From UHGV virus genome UHGV-0299153: DNA of 64,000 nucleotides. The stretch is one strand, 5' to 3'. This document shows positions 62,684-64,000 of the stretch, in pieces (positions within the stretch are counted from its first letter, which is position 1; each line of letters opens with the position of its first letter). Source of the stretch: a virus. Both the position numbers and the translations under genes were made by a program. The notes beneath the pieces were generated by a model, which saw nothing but the letters and a program-made list of their open reading frames with translations, did not search any database and was not told the origin of the DNA.

Positions 62684-64000
62684 ATGCCATATTTAGATAA
62701 AGTGGTAGATGTTACAGTTAACCTCGGAACCCAGCCTATTGACACTGTAGGTTTCGAAACTCCCCTGTTCATCGCTATCCACAACAACTTTACTGAGCGA
62801 GCTCGCGTATATGCAGAGCTGGATCAGATGGTGGAAGATGGTTTCGCACAAGGCTCTGCAGCGTATGAGTTTGCAGCAAAAGCTTTTGGTGGTGTATTCC
62901 CTCCACAATACGTTATGATCGGCAGACAGGCCAAAGAAAAGACCACTGTAGATTTTAAAGGTATTGCTGCCGCAGCTGATACCGATGTCGTAATGACTAT
63001 TGCAAAAGGTAGCTACAATACCTCTTTGATAGTCCCTATCTCTGGTGGAACAGCTGCAACTCAGATTGCAGAGTCAATGAAGACTAAAATCGAAGCAGAT
63101 GATAACTTGGACGATATCACTGTAGAGGCTTCTGAAGGTGTTCTCACCATCACTGGTGACTGTACTGTTGGTTACCATACTGGTAACTATACAATCAAAA
63201 ATATCGCCAATGCTGAAAAACCTTCTACAGTAGTTGATAAGATCAATGCTGAGCGTGACAATTGGTACTTCCTGTGCCATGAAGACCACACCGACATTGA
63301 AGCATGTGCTAAGTGGGCTCAGGCTAACTACAAGCTGCATGTCTACTCTACTGCAGAAGATGTGACGGGTAAAGATAATAACATCGCCACCAAACTGAAA
63401 GCTGCACAATATGACAGTGTCGGCATGTACGATCCTCGTGCAGATAAGGACTTCCCGGAGGGTGGTATCATAGGTGCTATGGCATCCAACGATCCGTCTT
63501 ACGGCGACAGCTTGCACTTAAAACAGATGCCAGGTGTGATTGCACCGTCTCTGACTTTAACTCAGCGTATGGCTATTTGGGAAAACCACGTTAACTTCTA
63601 CAGAATGATTAACGGTGTTGGTGCTTTCTGGGAAGGTAAGTGTGCTTCAGGTCAGTATGCAGACGCTATTCGTTTTGCACACTGGATCAAGTTCAGATCT
63701 GAAGAATCTATGTTTGGGTACATGCATCGTCGCTCCAACATGGGTTTAAGCATGAAGATGTCTGATGATGATCTTCCGGTTATCAAGTCTGTCCTGATGA
63801 ACAACCCAATCAACACTGGCATTAAGAATGGTGCGATCCTGACAGGTTTTGACGAAGACAACAATGTGTTCTACGACCCGATCATCACAGTTCCTAAACG
63901 TGCAGAGATTCCAACCAATCAGTTGGCTGCTCGTGTTCTGGAAGGTGTGAAAGTAGAACTGGTGTATAACAACGCCCTGCACTTCGTTCGTATCCGGATC
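62684..64000 (+). CDS. tail sheath protein (putative), 5' partial, runs off window end
   Basis: Hand translation from ATG 62684 (SD AAGAGGAAA) is open for 439 codons to the window edge; absent from ORF track for lack of a stop; late-block position. Confidence 0.5.
   Translation, partial: MPYLDKVVDVTVNLGTQPIDTVGFETPLFIAIHNNFTERARVYAELDQMVEDGFAQGSAAYEFAAKAFGGVFPPQYVMIGRQAKEKTTVDFKGIAAAADTDVVMTIAKGSYNTSLIVPISGGTAATQIAESMKTKIEADDNLDDITVEASEGVLTITGDCTVGYHTGNYTIKNIANAEKPSTVVDKINAERDNWYFLCHEDHTDIEACAKWAQANYKLHVYSTAEDVTGKDNNIATKLKAAQYDSVGMYDPRADKDFPEGGIIGAMASNDPSYGDSLHLKQMPGVIAPSLTLTQRMAIWENHVNFYRMINGVGAFWEGKCASGQYADAIRFAHWIKFRSEESMFGYMHRRSNMGLSMKMSDDDLPVIKSVLMNNPINTGIKNGAILTGFDEDNNVFYDPIITVPKRAEIPTNQLAARVLEGVKVELVYNNALHFVRIRI

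Noticed and set aside
1-64000. Integrase, transposase or att sites suggesting a prophage or mobile island
   Set aside because: No recombinase-like ORF recognised; gene content is that of a virulent phage. The HNH endonuclease at 41420-41884 is the only mobile-element-like gene, and no flanking intron or intein structure was seen.

Overview
This 64-kb window reads as part of a large virulent tailed phage genome (myovirus-like, probably infecting an enterobacterium, given a lambda-R-like endolysin); no integrase, transposase or CRISPR array was seen. Layout: (1) 1-8.1 kb, rightward array of small early genes, most with their own sigma70-like promoter and a stereotyped hairpin/CA-rich leader; (2) 8.1-10.6 kb, ORF-poor repeat-rich junction where the two gene blocks converge; (3) 10.6-47.5 kb, leftward block: many small acidic proteins (several paralog families), an HPF/RaiA-like ribosome hibernation factor homolog, two DNA methyltransferases, ClpP-like protease, PhoH, NrdG/NrdD/glutaredoxin/NrdB/NrdA, ThyX, a putative dNMP kinase, exonucleases, Endo VII- and RuvC-like resolvases, HNH endonuclease, endolysin, DNA ligase, Sir2-like sirtuin and RNA ligase; (4) 47.5-64 kb, rightward block: polynucleotide-kinase-like P-loop kinase and metallophosphoesterase (an RNA-repair set with the divergent RNA ligase), an iteron/AT-rich/GC-rich non-coding region, seven tRNA genes, spanins, terminase large subunit, portal, scaffold, decoration and major capsid candidates, and a putative tail sheath gene running off the window end. 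The most interesting candidates are the Sir2 / RNA-repair / tRNA neighbourhood, the HPF-like gene, and the two iteron-rich non-coding regions. All homology calls are from motifs read by eye; no database search was run.
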